From Callorhinchus milii (taxonomy: Eukaryota): a stretch of 37,137 nt of DNA. The translations under genes and the position numbers were made by a program. The notes under the pieces were generated by a model. The model had not been told where the DNA came from, did no database searches, and saw only the letters and a program-made list of their open reading frames with translations. The DNA lies in NCBI RefSeq assembly GCF_018977255.1, contig NW_024705524.1, positions 1-37,137 on the forward strand, given 5' to 3'. This document shows positions 23,046 through 36,950 of this stretch, in pieces. The number at the start of each line of letters is the position of its first letter. Positions within the stretch are counted from its first letter, which is position 1.

Positions 23046-23457
23046 TGTGATTGAGTTGTTTAGTTGAGTGCGTTGTTGTGAACTGCAGTGTGGCGAGGTG
23101 GTTGAACGCGGAGTGGAAGAGACGAAGCGGTCAAAGTGTCTGGTAGACCGAGTCCCTTAACGTGGGTGGAGGGGGAATCAACGAGGTGAAGTTCACTGCA
23201 ACATTCACCACGGTGGTGGTAGTAGTCGCAGCGAAAAAAAGAGTGATACTGGTGCGCGTGGAAAGACATTAATTATAGGGCTGAATGAAGGTTGAGAGCG
23301 AGGCGAGGATGCGAGGTGGTGTAGAGGAGGCAAAGAGGGTAGAGGAGGTGAGGTGGTGACGTGGCATAGTTAGGGGCGAGGTGACATGGTGAGGTGGTGT
23401 AGTGAAGAGGTGAGGAGGTGAGGAGGTGAGGAGGTGAGGAGGTGTAGAGGAGGGTGC

Positions 23458-23601
23458 CCCGCTCTTGGCGTTGATCTTGGTGAACACGTGTCCGCGCCCC
23501 GTCTCGTAGCTCTGCCCGGCGCTGATGCAGCCTCCACCGGCCGCAGCGCCCAGCGGCCTCGCCGAGTCCGTGCCCAGCTCCGCTCTGAGCAAGCTCTCCA
23601 T
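23458..23601 (-). pseudogene. FN3KRP: Second copy of FN3K/FN3KRP-like exon 1
   Basis: Same translation as 8068-8211. Confidence 0.8.
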
Positions 23602-23760
23602 TGCGCGCCGTCTGCTCGCAGCGAAAAACACAACGATAAACTCCCCCCCCCCCCCCCGTGGCCTCTAACAGACTTATTTCCTATGGAGAGGTGATTTCTT
23701 TAAACAAAAGGAAGGAGCAGCAATGGGCTCTCCTTTATCTCCTGCTGTAGCGAATCTGTA

Positions 23761-23880
23761 CAGTCGAACCTCTGGTCACGAACGCTTCTGACCACGACCA
23801 AATCGGGTTACGACCAAAAAACTCACAACATGTTTTAATCTGGTCACGAACTCATACTCGGGTGACGATCAAACATTTTC
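23761..23880. mobile_element. Tigger/pogo-like end truncating a Penelope RT fragment (23669-23760)
   Basis: TA-CAGTCGAACCTCTGGTCACGAACG begins where identity to the 8279-8372 RT segment ends. Confidence 0.6.
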
Positions 23881-26800
23881 TTTTTGTAAGCACCAAATTT
23901 CCTGTTGTTTGTTGACAACAAACAACACAAAGCGTAACAGTTATATATATATAACTTTTGTTATATCGGGCCAAGCTCACCCCACGGTTAAAGCCCCACA
24001 TCCACAATCGGAATCTTTATTCACAGACAGTCCTCGACTTACGAACGCCCAAATTACAAACAGCCGCACTTCAGAACCAACTGGCATGAAATATTAATTA
24101 TTTTATATCGCCTGACAACGCGAACTCGCGCTGTGAGTGAGTGCGTGAGTGAGACAGTGAGAGAGTGAGAGGTCGACTCAGCCTCAGATGGGTACCTGGT
24201 GCGGTGTGGAGTGAACATCGCCACTGGGGGAGACAAAGGCGGCCGTGGAGGCGAATCCTCCACGGGCTCACCGACACACTCACCACGCATCTCACCAACC
24301 TCACTCACCAACCCAATCACACCTTACCAACCGCGCTCACCTCTCAAATCCCACCTGGCAGCATCTGCACGCCACGTTGGTGGCCAGCAGATGGCAGCAT
24401 CTCCACGCCATATTCTTCACGTCGATAGAAAATAAAAATAATAAAATAAAATTTAAATACAAATCATGAATTGAAAATAATAAAGTTTTTATTATTTAAA
24501 ATTCATTATTTTAAAAAAATCATACTTTTATTTTTTTTTATTTTCTTTTTCTATACGTGACTTTCCTGAAAGAACCAAGAATATGAATGTGGGTTTTTTG
24601 TTTTATTATTTTATATTTCATATTTTTATTTGTATTTTTATTTCAATTTTATTTGATTATTTTTATTTTCTGTCGACGTTACTTTACCGAAAGAACCAAG
24701 AATATGAATTCCTGAAGTCACGAAAGTTTAAGTCAAAATCGACACGCCCCATTGGTGGCCGGCAGGTGGCAGCATCTACACCCCCACATTGGTCGCCACT
24801 CTTGTGGCGTGTCGATGGTGCCAGGTGTGATTGGGTTGGTGCAGGGGTGGGCAAACTTTTTCACTCGCGGGCCACAATGGGTTCTAAAATTTGACAGAGG
24901 GGCCGGGCCAGAAACAGATGGATGGAGTGTTTGTGTGAACTAATATAAATGACATGTAAAAATTATTACATGAAAGGATTTGGCCTTTAACAGGTAGCAA
25001 AGCATTTATTTGCAAGGCAATTTAACAAATTGCACGAACATGAACAATACAAAAACATGTCGTAACGTGACTGATCAAACATCATGAAAACATCTGAGGC
25101 CTGCGCCCAAACCAATTACCTCACTTGAACTTTTTTATCATCTACATTAACAGGTTAGAGCAGCCACGCAGGCTGTGTGATGGAGATTTGGCTCCAACCT
25201 CGCTGCAGCAACACAATCACTTTCAGTTTCAGTGGGAACAGTGTTGTTGATCTCCCATTTTTGCCAGTGCATCCAAGTCTGGAGTTATTTTGGTTGTGGC
25301 AATTCTCAGGATAGATCTGAGGTGCTGATCCGTTAACTTTGATCTGTGACGGGCTTTGTTGGCGTTCATGACGCTGAATGTCTGCTCACACACATAAGTC
25401 GAGCCAAACAAAGTCAGTATCTTCTGTGCAGTCCTCCGGAGGTTTGGAAACGTGGCTCTGTTAAGTGAAGCATAAAAGTCATTCAGTTTAACAGAGTTGA
25501 ACTTTTACACTATGAGATCTCTTTTACCAGTGTCAAAATATAGTAGTAGGTTTTTACCCTTTTAAACTGGTACAAAACTGACACCTTTATTCAAGGCATC
25601 ATGTTTGCAATGACCACAACACAAGTAGTCAAAAAAGCAAACAAGGTGTCAGTTTTGTACCAGTTTAAAAGGGTAAAAACCTACTACTATATTTTGCCAC
25701 TGGTAAAAGAGATCTCATAGTGTAAATGCTTACCCCGAGCTCTCAATACTCTGATATTGCACTGTGTTTGAGTTGTACGCCTTCTGGTGTCATCTGGTCC
25801 AACACCAATGGGGACTAGGCTCTAAAGAAAGCCGTCTCGGGTGTGGAACAATCAACTTCAAGGACAGTGCATATTATGATCATTATCAGAGTTGCTTCTT
25901 TTTGTTAGCTTTTTTGACTACTTGTGTTGTGGTCATTGCAAACATGATGCCTTGAATTAAGGTGTCAGTTTTGTACCAGTTTAAAAGGGTAAAAACCTAC
26001 TACTAGAGTTGAAGTTCTCCTTTAGGACGGACTCAGACTGAAGATCTATCAGTTCCAACTGTAGCTCCTGTGGTGCTGTTTCAGGGTCTTGTGACAGGGG
26101 GCAGGACACCAGCTGAAGTGACTGTTCAATGTTTTCGAAATCAGAGAACCTATGGCAGAATCCTCCGTGCAGGTCCTCAAGTGATTTGCTGTATTTTTTG
26201 CGTTTCGCGGTGCCTCTTCCTGCATGGCAAGTGTGGGGAAATGAGCGAAAGATTTGTTCGCAATTTGTCCGGAGAACAAAGTGAGCTTGGATTTGAAGGC
26301 TTTCACATGTTTGCACATGTCGTGAACAAACTGATCTTTCCCCTGCAGTTTCACATTCAGCTCATTCATGTGTGAAAATATGTCCACAGCAAACGCAAAG
26401 TCACTAAGCCAGTTCTTGTCGCTTAGCTCAGGGAATTCGTCAGATTTCCCCATCAACTCCAAAAATGCGATGATATCTTCTTTCAGCTCCCACACTCGTT
26501 GTAACACTTTCCCCAAACTTAACCAGCGGACACGAGAGTGGTACAGCAAGTCCTGATGATCCGCATCAGTTTCCTCCAGGAACGTAATAAACTGACGGTG
26601 CTGAAGTCCCCTTGCTCGTATAAAGTTCACACGTTTTACGACTGGATTCACGACATGATTAAGCTGCAATACAGACTTACACAGGGATTCCTGATGGATG
26701 ATGCAGTGAAGGAAAATAAGATCCTGGACAAGGTTTTCCTCTTTCACTTTATCCTGGATTCTTTTCAGCAGCCCAACATTTTTTCTAGTTAAATTTGGGA

Positions 26801-27389
26801 GATCCATCCATTGTGACATTGACAAGTTTACTCAAAGGTAGCGTCATTCTTTCGATGACAGCAGATACCTGGTTATACAAGTCCTCTCCCCGCGTTGTTC
26901 CTTTCCGGGACTCCATGGTCAAAAACTCCTCTGTTATCGCAAAACTTTCGTCAATGCCTCGGATAATAATGAGGAGATGAGCAGTGTCTTTTACGTCCGT
27001 ACTTTCTTCCAGTGCTAGTGAATATAATTCAAAGGAATCAGACTTTATGTTTAATTGACTGGCTATATTTTTATCAATCAGTTCCACACGGGCGGGTCAC
27101 AGTCCTGCGTGATAAACTGACTTTTTCAAATTTGCTTTTGATCTCCGGACACAAGATGTCTGCTGTCTGTACCATGTATTCTTTTACAAACTTGCTTTCG
27201 GAGAAAGTGGTAATGAGTGGTAATGTTGGTGAGAATAAGTTTTTAAAGAAAATTGAAATCGAAGTGAAGAAGGAAATTATTGAAAAGTTTGTATAATTAA
27301 TGATTTTTCAAACTTTAATTATGTTTTCTGTTCTTTGGTTTTTTCGGTAAAGTCACGTATAAAAATAAAATAATAAATTAAATAATAGC

Positions 27390-27432
27390 ATACGACGTTT
27401 CGATTGCAACACAAGCAATCATCATCAGGTAT
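27390..27432 (-). ncRNA. Minimal hammerhead ribozyme (left arm)
   Basis: Reverse complement of 28034-28076. Confidence 0.78.
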
Positions 27433-28033
27433 AATGAAATAGCGACATAGAATATAACCAGAAAACTATAGACAGACATATAAGCAGACAGATATCACCA
27501 AGATACATAGAGAGAGCAACCCAGGTACAGAGAGAGGTGATCGTCTCTGTGGGGTGGCCTTAAATAGACAGAGGGGGGCGGAGGCAGAGAGAGGGAGGGG
27601 GTAGGGAAAACATTTACATGTCAATGAGTACGAAGGGAGGGGAGTAAGGTAAGCAGGCTTAGAGGGAGACAGAACACACTAAATTAAATAACCTAGCAAA
27701 GTATCGAAATGTTATGTAAAACGACACAGAGAGTCGTAACATTTCGATACATAACATTTCGATACTTTGCTAGGTTATTTAATTTAGTGTGTTCTGTCTC
27801 CCTCTAAGCCTGCTTACCTTACTCCCCTCCCTTCGTACTCATTGACATGTAAATGTTTTCCCTACCCCCTCCCTCTCTCTGCCTCCGCCCCCCTCTGTCT
27901 ATTTAAGGCCACCCCACAGAGACGATCACCTCTCTCTGTACCTGGGTTGCTCTCTCTATGTATCTTGGTGATATCTGTCTGCTTATATGTCTGTCTATAG
28001 TTTTCTGGTTATATTCTATGTCGCTATTTCATT

Positions 28034-28076
28034 ATACCTGATGATGATTGCTTGTGTTGCAATCGAAACGTCGTAT
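28034..28076 (+). ncRNA. Minimal hammerhead ribozyme (right arm)
   Basis: ATAC-CTGATGA-T-GATTGC-TTGTGTT-GCAATC-GAAACGTC-GTAT; predicted cleavage after C28072. Confidence 0.8.
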
Positions 28077-29311
28077 GCTATTATTTAATTTATTATTTTA
28101 TTTTTATACGTGACTTTACCGAAAAAACCAAAGAATAATTCCTGCAGTCACGAAAGCTCCAAAATTATGTTTTCTGTGCTTAAAACTCTTTTTAAAAAAC
28201 CCGTGGGGTCTAGAACGGACTCGTGAAATTCGGAGAGAACTCAGAGTTAAGTTTTGTTAAATTACACAAAGCGTAACAGTTATGTATATAACTTTTGTTA
28301 TATAAAATTCCCAGTAAGATATTAATTTTGTGATGTAGTCATATCCCTCCCCCTCATTCAAGCCGTAATTTTTATAGAGCGAAAGCACCGAGTACGTAAA
28401 TCGCTAACATAAGAACCCGTTAATCTCTTCTCGCATCATTCATACGATGATGTGGTGAAGTAAACGTTCATACGATATTACAGTGAATGCTTCCAAAAAC
28501 AATACTGTACCCAAATATTACTGTTAACTTACTTTCAATAGAAACATGAATTTCTCATACGAATGTTCTCTCTCTCCCGGTCAAAGTGCGCTATCTATTG
28601 GGGAAATGGGGGCATTACAGGAGGAAGGTAAAATTTAATTTAATAATAATATTTGGACAAGTTCGGCGGGCCGGATTAAAAAGCCCAACGGGCCGTATAC
28701 GCCCCACAGGCCGTACTTTGCCCATGTCTGGCCTAGGTACACAGCCTAGGTACACAGCCTAGATACACTACTCTGGCTACGCTCTGGGGTCCTTCGCCTC
28801 CAATTACCCGAGAGGTGGCTACCTGATCCAACCCAGCCAAGGTGCGGGTCTGGACTCTGGCTTCCTCGGAACTCGCCCTTACAAGGACGTAGAGCCGGGA
28901 GTCCCAGAGTCCCACCACTGGCCCTCACAGCGTCCCGGCCCTTGCAAGGACAAGCGGGACGAGGGGGTACAGGGTCCTAAGCTGGCTGGCTGGCGGGTCT
29001 TGGGTCTTGAGCTGTGACTAGCCCCGATCGGCCAGGGAGCTGCCCTTTTATGCCTCGTCCCCAACGAGGGGTGGGGTTGTGTGCACCCCTAGATATCCCA
29101 CAGAGCATACACAGCCCCCCCCCCGTTGGTGGCGCCAAGGGGCTTAACTGTCTGGGGTGCCTGGGATCCTAGCGCCTGGCGCCGAGGGCTTATCTGTCTA
29201 GGGTCCCAGAACCCCCAGCAGCCCCTCCCCTCTTATGGCACTACACAGGTTGAGTGCAAAAGCAAAGTGGATGTACTGATTGTATCTTCATTGCGGGACT
29301 CATCCAGCAGT

Positions 29312-29341
29312 NNNNNNNNNNNNNNNNNNNNNNNNNNNNNN
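29312..29341. other. Assembly gap (30 N)
   Basis: Run of N. Confidence 1.
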
Positions 29342-32300
29342 ACAAGTGTCAAGTGTTTACATCGGAGAGAGATCCAGTGGATGAATGAGTGCCACAAGCT
29401 GAATTTCTGATATGGTTCCAAGCAACTGCAGTGGCGCTTATTTTCAGAATATCAAGAGATCTGGTATAGATCTCAATCTTGCTAGAAGATTACCTACGAA
29501 CGCTTTGAGCGAGGTATTGGACCACGTTCAGACCTTATTCCAATTTCAGCCAAGTGGTCATGAACCGTTAGGTCAATGCTCGAGATGCCGTAGACTTGAT
29601 CGGATAGAGTTTAATGACGGTTACACTTAAAGTCATTGAAAAGGTGTACACCCCTGAGCATCGCCCGCAAGCCAACTCGTTTTAAAAGCGCCACCCGTCA
29701 TTCCAATAATCGGGTGCGCCGGGTCTAGGTCCCTGATTAGAACTCCGTAATAAAAAGCAATTAGCAGAGTCACCACGCCAATCTAGCGGTTCCAGTGTGA
29801 AGATGTGAATCATATTCAGCGCCCTGGGCTTAAGCCGACAGGCTCCCCTAAGTCGACCCTACTACTCGTATGTATTCCCATTGGCTACCTAAATCGTATT
29901 ATTCTTTGGCCCTAGTGGTTGAGCGTGGTCAACCCTTGTGACGAGGGGCGATATCCTTAGCCCAAACTTTTCATGAATTACTGCGCCAACGGACTCTACG
30001 GAGACTCACGTCTCAGGCGATTCCAAAAACTCTGGCTGCAATGATTAGTAGTATATCAACTCGCTGCACTCTTATAGGGTCACGAGCGACCGGTGACAGT
30101 TCGATAACAGAGGCTGTCGTACCACAAGGCATCTAAGGTGTTACTTGCTAGTAGCATCTGGGAAGACTGAAGAATAACACAAAGCGTGGGATGAAAGTGT
30201 CTGTCGGGTCACATACTAACAGACGATATGAAAGGATTGAGAATTCCGTTTAATGTCACAGAGCGTGTGATGCGTGGTAAACAAGAGGACTGTGAGTTAT
30301 AAAGGCGTAAAAGTTAATAAAGCTTAGACCGTAACGAACACCTAACTAACGGGGCTCTGCCGCGCGCGAATTACCTGAGTGATGTAAAGCATGATTAGTT
30401 AGGATTCTCGCACACATAGGGGTACAATGTACGTGGAATAGTTCGACGTCCTAGCAAACGTGCATATTTAATACCGGAATTGACTGCGCGTTCCGAGATT
30501 ACGTGTAGGGCCATCTGAGGGCACCCAGGTAAAACTCACTGTGGCTTATATCACCCGGGGGATTGAGCGAACCGGAAGTTGAATCATACTGATCGAATAC
30601 ACTACGAAGTTATCCACCCTACAAAGCTTCTAATGCTGAACAAGAATTTTAGCAATATGCTAACGGGCAACCCAATCCCGACGGAACACAGTCTCGTTTT
30701 ACCTCGTCTTCGCTTACGTGACGTATATACGGACCATACCCTGAAGATATAACAATTACATTGTATAGGAACGCATCAGCGCCAGCCCGCGACCGTCTAA
30801 GAGTTTATAATAACCCTTTTTGAAGAAATATGTCAGCAGTCTAATGTATTCTGAATGCACTCTAAGGAACTTGTTAAAGCTAAACCAGCCGCCACTCTAG
30901 ATTTACGCCAGCTGTAACCCCATGAAAGGATGAACACGGTCGGAATCAAGGTCTTCCTATTGAACTGGTACCATTCGGTTGATCCATATCTATGCCCTTT
31001 AATACAGCTGTATTTTTTTATAAATCCCGAGACTACTCAAATCGTTATTGCCACCTCGGTTGAAAGAGAACCGGATGATGCCTGGAGAGCATCTGAAAGA
31101 TCCGTATGATACAGGCGGAGGTTTTGCCCCCTGTCTGGATACCGACAGTGAGATGACTCAGTGTCCGCAAAATATACTATCATATAAGAACTTTGGGAAC
31201 TGTGAATAACCGCACTATGAGCGGATCGTCCGTACTAAGCATCAGTATACATCGGAATGATATGCCACCCGACTGGTCAAGGCAGACGGATAATAGGCCC
31301 ACAACCTCACTCCTGTACCAATTAATTAAGATATGCTGCCGACAGCTCTTGCTTACACGGCTAAGTAGACGCTAATCTAAGGGGTTAAGTCTGAAGCTCT
31401 ATGATTGCCCCATGTCCGCCCCCGACCGAACTCGACGAGTGATATCACTTTTGGGCCGGAATCTACGGCATCTTGAACGGAAATCTGAATATCCGGAGAG
31501 AATAAATGGCTAATAGTAGAGGGAATCAAAAGCGGCCCTGGATCGAGTCTCCTAGCCAGAATGCTTGTTAGACAAGCAGGAATATTAGGCTGCCTCCATG
31601 TAAGATCAACTTGCCTCTAATACGGCTCTGCCGCGTCACTTACGCCAGATAAGTGTACATTCATATGACAACTCTCGTAAAGGACGTCTTGGCACATGTA
31701 CTCTGTCGTAAGCGAAAGCTTACCAACGCATAACGCGCCTTGGGTAGCGATTAGAGGTCATGTGGATATGATGAAAATCACGCTGGCGAGGCTTAGAGTC
31801 GATCAGGGAAAACGTTGTCGCTGAAAAACCCTCTTGTTCTAGGTAGGGACCATGGTGTGTCAAATACGTCGCCGAGATACAATACCGATATGCTATGAAG
31901 AGCTCACCCTAATCCCAATCCAAAAAAAGGATGAGTGCACCTTCCCGTAGAGCCATGTGTGTCACATTGTCTTTAATAACGTTCATACTGTAGTACAAGT
32001 TCAAAGTTTTCCGCGTCGTGTGGGTTCGAGGGGACTCTGGTTGCCAACGTATGTTGTGGAACAGGCACTCTCCGAGCGCAACCCTTAGCTTGCTTTTCAA
32101 GCAAGTTCCTCTGAGCCCAATATCAGTACAGCCGTGCTTCCGTTTCGATAAAACCATCTTCTCCCACGGCCGGCAGAATTCAAGCACTGTGAGACTGTGC
32201 CGAACTTGCAGGTTATGCCAATCCCGGGCCGCGCTGATGGATCGAGGGTATGTGTGAGTCACTTGTCGGGAGTAATGGTGTGATATAGACGACTGTGTTT

Positions 32301-34731
32301 TGTTTGCCAGACAACTTTTAGTTCCCTGGGGGATCGGTTAGAGTGAAATAGGATCGACTAATTGCTTTCTTAAACGGGAAAAGTAGAACGGTAGCCTATT
32401 TTCGTGCACTGCTTCATCCTACACACACTGGACCCAGGAAGGGTCAATAGAACCTTTTGAATATCAGGCAGTTCGATTAACCCGAAGCTTTCTGGGGTGG
32501 CCGATAAAATTTATGATGGGGTCAGTTACAAAGCCAGGGCGAAGGGTTGAGCGAATGTTTAGTCTCACGGACGCCTCCCGTATCAGAGGGGGTCCGTGGT
32601 ATTGCTATCAATGATTTCTTATATACATCGCGGTACATGGTATTGAACACGAATACCTTCAGATAGTTGGCCATGTCTGACTCTACACTGTCTCTTCCAG
32701 CGTGAAATCACAGTTGTTAACCATATACTGGAATCACCTCGCACGTCTGAGCATAAGAATCCGGGATCAACAGAGGAAGTTACAATCCTACACTACCTCT
32801 TATGGAGCATTAGTAGCCTCTGTTGGGACTACCAAAATTATGGCATCACAGCATGCCTTTACTGACAACAAAAAGGGACGCGCTTGGCAGCTTAACCTAT
32901 ATTAAGCAGGATGCGCCCAAAAAAACCAATCGATGGGCGGAGTAGCGATGCGTGCCGCGTCATCATTAGCCCCTAATGATAATAGGCCTTCGTCAGTGGA
33001 TATGTGACTGCGAGTATACTAAAGTACGCTCTAGTAGTGGGTGAGAAAATAAGTAGAAACAAGCTGGGGGCGATATGACGAAAAATACACGCGTGTAATT
33101 TAAACGCTCGGGCGCATAGTACCTGCTCGTTGGATGCGTTTTGAGCCTGACTCTCTTAATTCATCAGGTAGGTATAGGAGGGTGTCATCCATTCGGCTCC
33201 GTCGCTATACGCTGCGATTGGAGTATCGCGCGAGCTAGAGCAACCGACTTGCGTCGAGAGAGTATGCACCTGTGGAGACGTATCCGAACCCGAATGTACA
33301 GATGAGGGGGGATGAACCTTATCTATTATAGATTCGTGAGGCTATAGAAGGGCACAAGTACCTTTTATTGGCAGGGGTCGTACCGTTAAGAGTCAAGCAT
33401 TAACGTTAAGCGCTTAAGTGAGAAAACTATAGGCTCTGGATTTATGACGAGGAAGGACGCACTGATCTCGATGCCTGTGTACGTGGAAAATCGGTATGAA
33501 CCAGCTAATTTACGCAACTCCCCATAGGGTTTTTAAACACAAAACATCCCTGCGGATAGGTATCAGCTATTCAATTTTATCTTTGGCACTGAGCGGCATT
33601 CATTCTCGCGCAATAGGGGCTGGACTGTATTGTAGAATGGTGATCCCCGACCCAGTCTATGGGAAGGTTGTCTTCGATATTTATTTTGGGCATCGGACTC
33701 ACCAAACCCCTATCGTAACGCTAATCGAGGTGTCAAAGGTGGAATTAAGACGACATACGCCCGGTGACTTTTTGATAGTAAATAGCAGGAATAAGCTGAA
33801 AACACAGTACTTAAGAGCCCGTTACCGGACTTCATAGAGATGACGCAGACTCATTCACTACCAAAAAGCCTGCCAGTTGCTATTAGGATGAGAGGCATAT
33901 ACTCTGGGCTCTCTGATGGGCCAACGACGAAGTGGGCGTTAACCTGGCTGTCTTGCGTACGCCCCCCCATACAGCAGACCTATGTTTCACAGCATAGCGC
34001 CGCTATGTGACTTAGAAATGCGAATTCTGTGGGCTAATCGGTCCCATGCTAAGTGCGTCGCCGTACCAGGAGAAGTGGATATAGATGCTCCCACATCAAC
34101 TTTCTCGTAAACCCAAAAGTCTTAACCAACTAAACATCTGTTCGATTGCGTTGCGATTCTGGGCAATTATTAGACCGGAACTATGAGCTGAATTAGGATA
34201 ACCTTCCAAGAAACCACTTAGTATGTTGAAAGAGTTAGGTCTTGAATACATTAACATCTATTTTTAGATCTTGCTTAGGATTTCAATATCTGCACTTATA
34301 AGTAACAGCGAGAGTCGTGACACATAAAAATCCCCGCCACCTCCTACGTGAAGATTACAAAGAGAGGTCTGACAACTACCTAGGTCATTTCGGTCAAAAT
34401 TAAAGAGGTGGTTATCAGGCATACCTTTCCCCTTAGAGGGGTTATCTCATCAGAGCTTTCGGGCAGTTTAGTCTGACGGACGGTTGCCCGTTGGTCCAAG
34501 CCTCGGATCCGGATTAACCAGCTACGTCGCAATGCGGCGCTCGGTAACATGCTGGCTCCAGCTGGCGCACTATCAACACATGAACTCCGGAGCGAAGTCT
34601 GTCGAATAAAAAATGAACGTTGAGGACCGATACCCATCGGCCAAACGGTGTAACTGGCGTGGGTCGCATCGATAGGCTGGTCCCAGGGACCCACCTGGGA
34701 CAGTCACAGGCGAATCTGTACTGTACCAGGC
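29342..34731. other. Featureless random-like block, unannotatable
   Basis: No repeats, low-complexity tracts or recognisable ORFs seen; abrupt junction into the zinc-finger exon copy at 34732. Confidence 0.7.
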
Positions 34732-35327
34732 CAGCGTATGGTTTATTCTCACTGACTGATGAAGCAGTTTGTTGACGTGGAACTAGGCCAAAGCATTCAA
34801 GAAAATTGGATTTCATGTCATTTATCTTAACGCCACTATCTTTTGTCGAAGCGTAATCATGTTCAGGCTTCGGTCTGTACAAAAACTGTGCGTGAAGACT
34901 TTCATGAGTTTTCAAGATTTCAATAGGACATAAAAATCCGCAGACTGAGCACATCTCATAGGGCGACGGTGGCTTCAACACCGCATTGGCAAAACTGCCG
35001 TTGTTTACCAAGCCTGGTGCACCCTTTATCAAATAATCCTTTTCGTGGGTCTTCATGTGCCTTTTTAATTTTCCTGGCTGATCAAATTTTCGTCCGCATG
35101 TGCCGCACCACTGCTCATGGGTCTCCTTGTGCGTTTTCAGGTGGGAATCTAGGCACCATGCCAGTTGGAATTTTTTCCCACAAACGTCACAAGCGATTAG
35201 TTTTTTTCCTCTCGTAACTCGATCGATTGAGCTGGGGTTAAGATGGTGCTGGTGAAGCGCCATCGATGGTCAAGGCGATTCTCCCAGCACCACTATGACT
35301 AGCAGCAGCGGAGTTGTTCTCGCACAT
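34732..35327 (-). pseudogene. Zinc-finger exon, copy 2 (partial; 3' part replaced by the random-like block)
   Basis: Three fingers in one frame (CGTCGRKF intact), but two 1-bp deletions near 35225-35245 relative to copy 1. Confidence 0.75.
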
Positions 35328-36950
35328 CTGAAACAAAAGACAAAGGTCACCCGTGTCATGTGTGTACTCACAAAGGCATACTTAAGGTGACATAAGATTC
35401 ATATATACTAGAACGCATTATACCAGAACTCCACAATATTGCAGTTCCTATCATGTACGATTTTATTCCTCTCATCCACCCAAATAAGATTTTGTTTAAC
35501 AACAATGACTAACTACCTCCATTTTCCTAATGTTACCCACCAAATAGGCCTTTCTGTATAAATACACCAACAATATAATGGTGGCACCACACGTTCAGTC
35601 CACTATTCACAACACTCTGACTCGCAATATCCAAAGAAGATTGTAATATCATTTCTGTACGAGGGCCCGTCAAAAAGGTTTGAGAATGGACACTTTTTTA
35701 CAAACAACTACGTAAAATAGTCTTCAATAAAAGTACAGTATAGTACTATTAATGGCACTAATAAGTCAACGTCATTTTCTCTCATGCTAATTATTAAAAT
35801 GTTAACTAGTTACCCAGGAAAGCCTCATTGAGTCTAAGTACTGCATTTTCAGAAAGGTCCCATTGCATTGAGATGTTTGTGTGAGTGGAACCCAGAAAGA
35901 CCCCACTTGCATATGGGGAAATAACACAACTCAGCACAGATAGATGCAACCCACAAACTCAAAGCATTCCCTGTTCAACAAGCATTCAAATCAAGTCGTT
36001 TTCCTTTTACCAGAGTACTTTATGGAATCCTCAAGAATAAATGATTTTTAGAAGTATTAAACTATACTTGAAGATGTGTGAGATTGTAATTCTGCAGATG
36101 CAAGCACAGGCCAACTCGTGCCTGCATATAGTTTCTGGGCCTCCTCACTTCACCAAACCCGCATTGACCGGCATGGTGAAGTATGGTTAAACAACTCCCA
36201 CGAACGACATGGTGTGGGGGAGGCCTCTATCAAAACGCCGGATCGACAAAGGGCTGATACATGTCACGACATTGTTCGTTAAGACCGTTCTCTAGTCAGC
36301 ACAAGCCGTCTATGTAGAGTTGTAGACAATAGAGGGCACGACACACGTGTACACGATGTGTGTGTGCGTATATTCAGCGTGTGCATCACGTAATAATTAT
36401 ATAAGGTCGCGATTATGCTCAAAACGAACCAAATGTATAACATCACGAATAACTTTGGAGGTCTGCCGAGCCTGAACAATATTTGAAGTAGACACTGACC
36501 CTTGCCACGAGTTCTTATGAACTATAACTAAACTATAAACTATTTCTATTTTACCAGGTAAGGCCCACTGAGCTTTATAGCTCTTATCAGAAGCGACCTG
36601 GCCACAAACGACAGCTCAACTTAGTGGCTTATCATGTGGACATTTATAGCAGCCAAGTACTCTTCTAAACTCACGTTTCTAAATGTGGAGGGGAAAGCCG
36701 AAGGACCAGGAGAAGAATCTATGCGACCACGGGGGAAATAAAAATGTACAAATACAGAGCAGGCGTCAGGGTCGTGATGGAACCTGCACGCTGCTGTAGG
36801 CCTGGCGAGGTAGTTAACATCTCGCCACCGCGGCGCCCCTGATTAAAAGCTTAGCCGTGTCCAGCAAGGTTATTGACGCACATCACTCGACTCACGGCAC
36901 CACAAGTGATGTAATAAACAAATAAAACAACAATAAAGTAGAGAGGCGCT

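Larger units (their letters stand above)
27332..28162 (+). mobile_element. Young palindromic Penelope-type element with two hammerheads
   Basis: Arms 27331-27718 and 27748-28135; TSD AATTATGTTTTCTG(T) (27317-27331, 28163-28177); empty sites at ~5002 and ~19940. Confidence 0.9.
24842..28730 (-). mobile_element. hAT family 1, copy C; transposase remnant 25229-27207
   Basis: Same ends and motifs as copy B, with an additional insertion at 27332-28162. Confidence 0.92.

Noticed and set aside
31909..33837. ORFs of 67-117 aa in the random-like block
   Set aside because: Lengths are plausible by chance; no recognisable motifs or gene-like packing.
34514..34731. C-terminal extension of the 249-aa zinc-finger ORF as a novel fusion
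   Set aside because: Chance read-through into the random-like block; it does not match copy 1.
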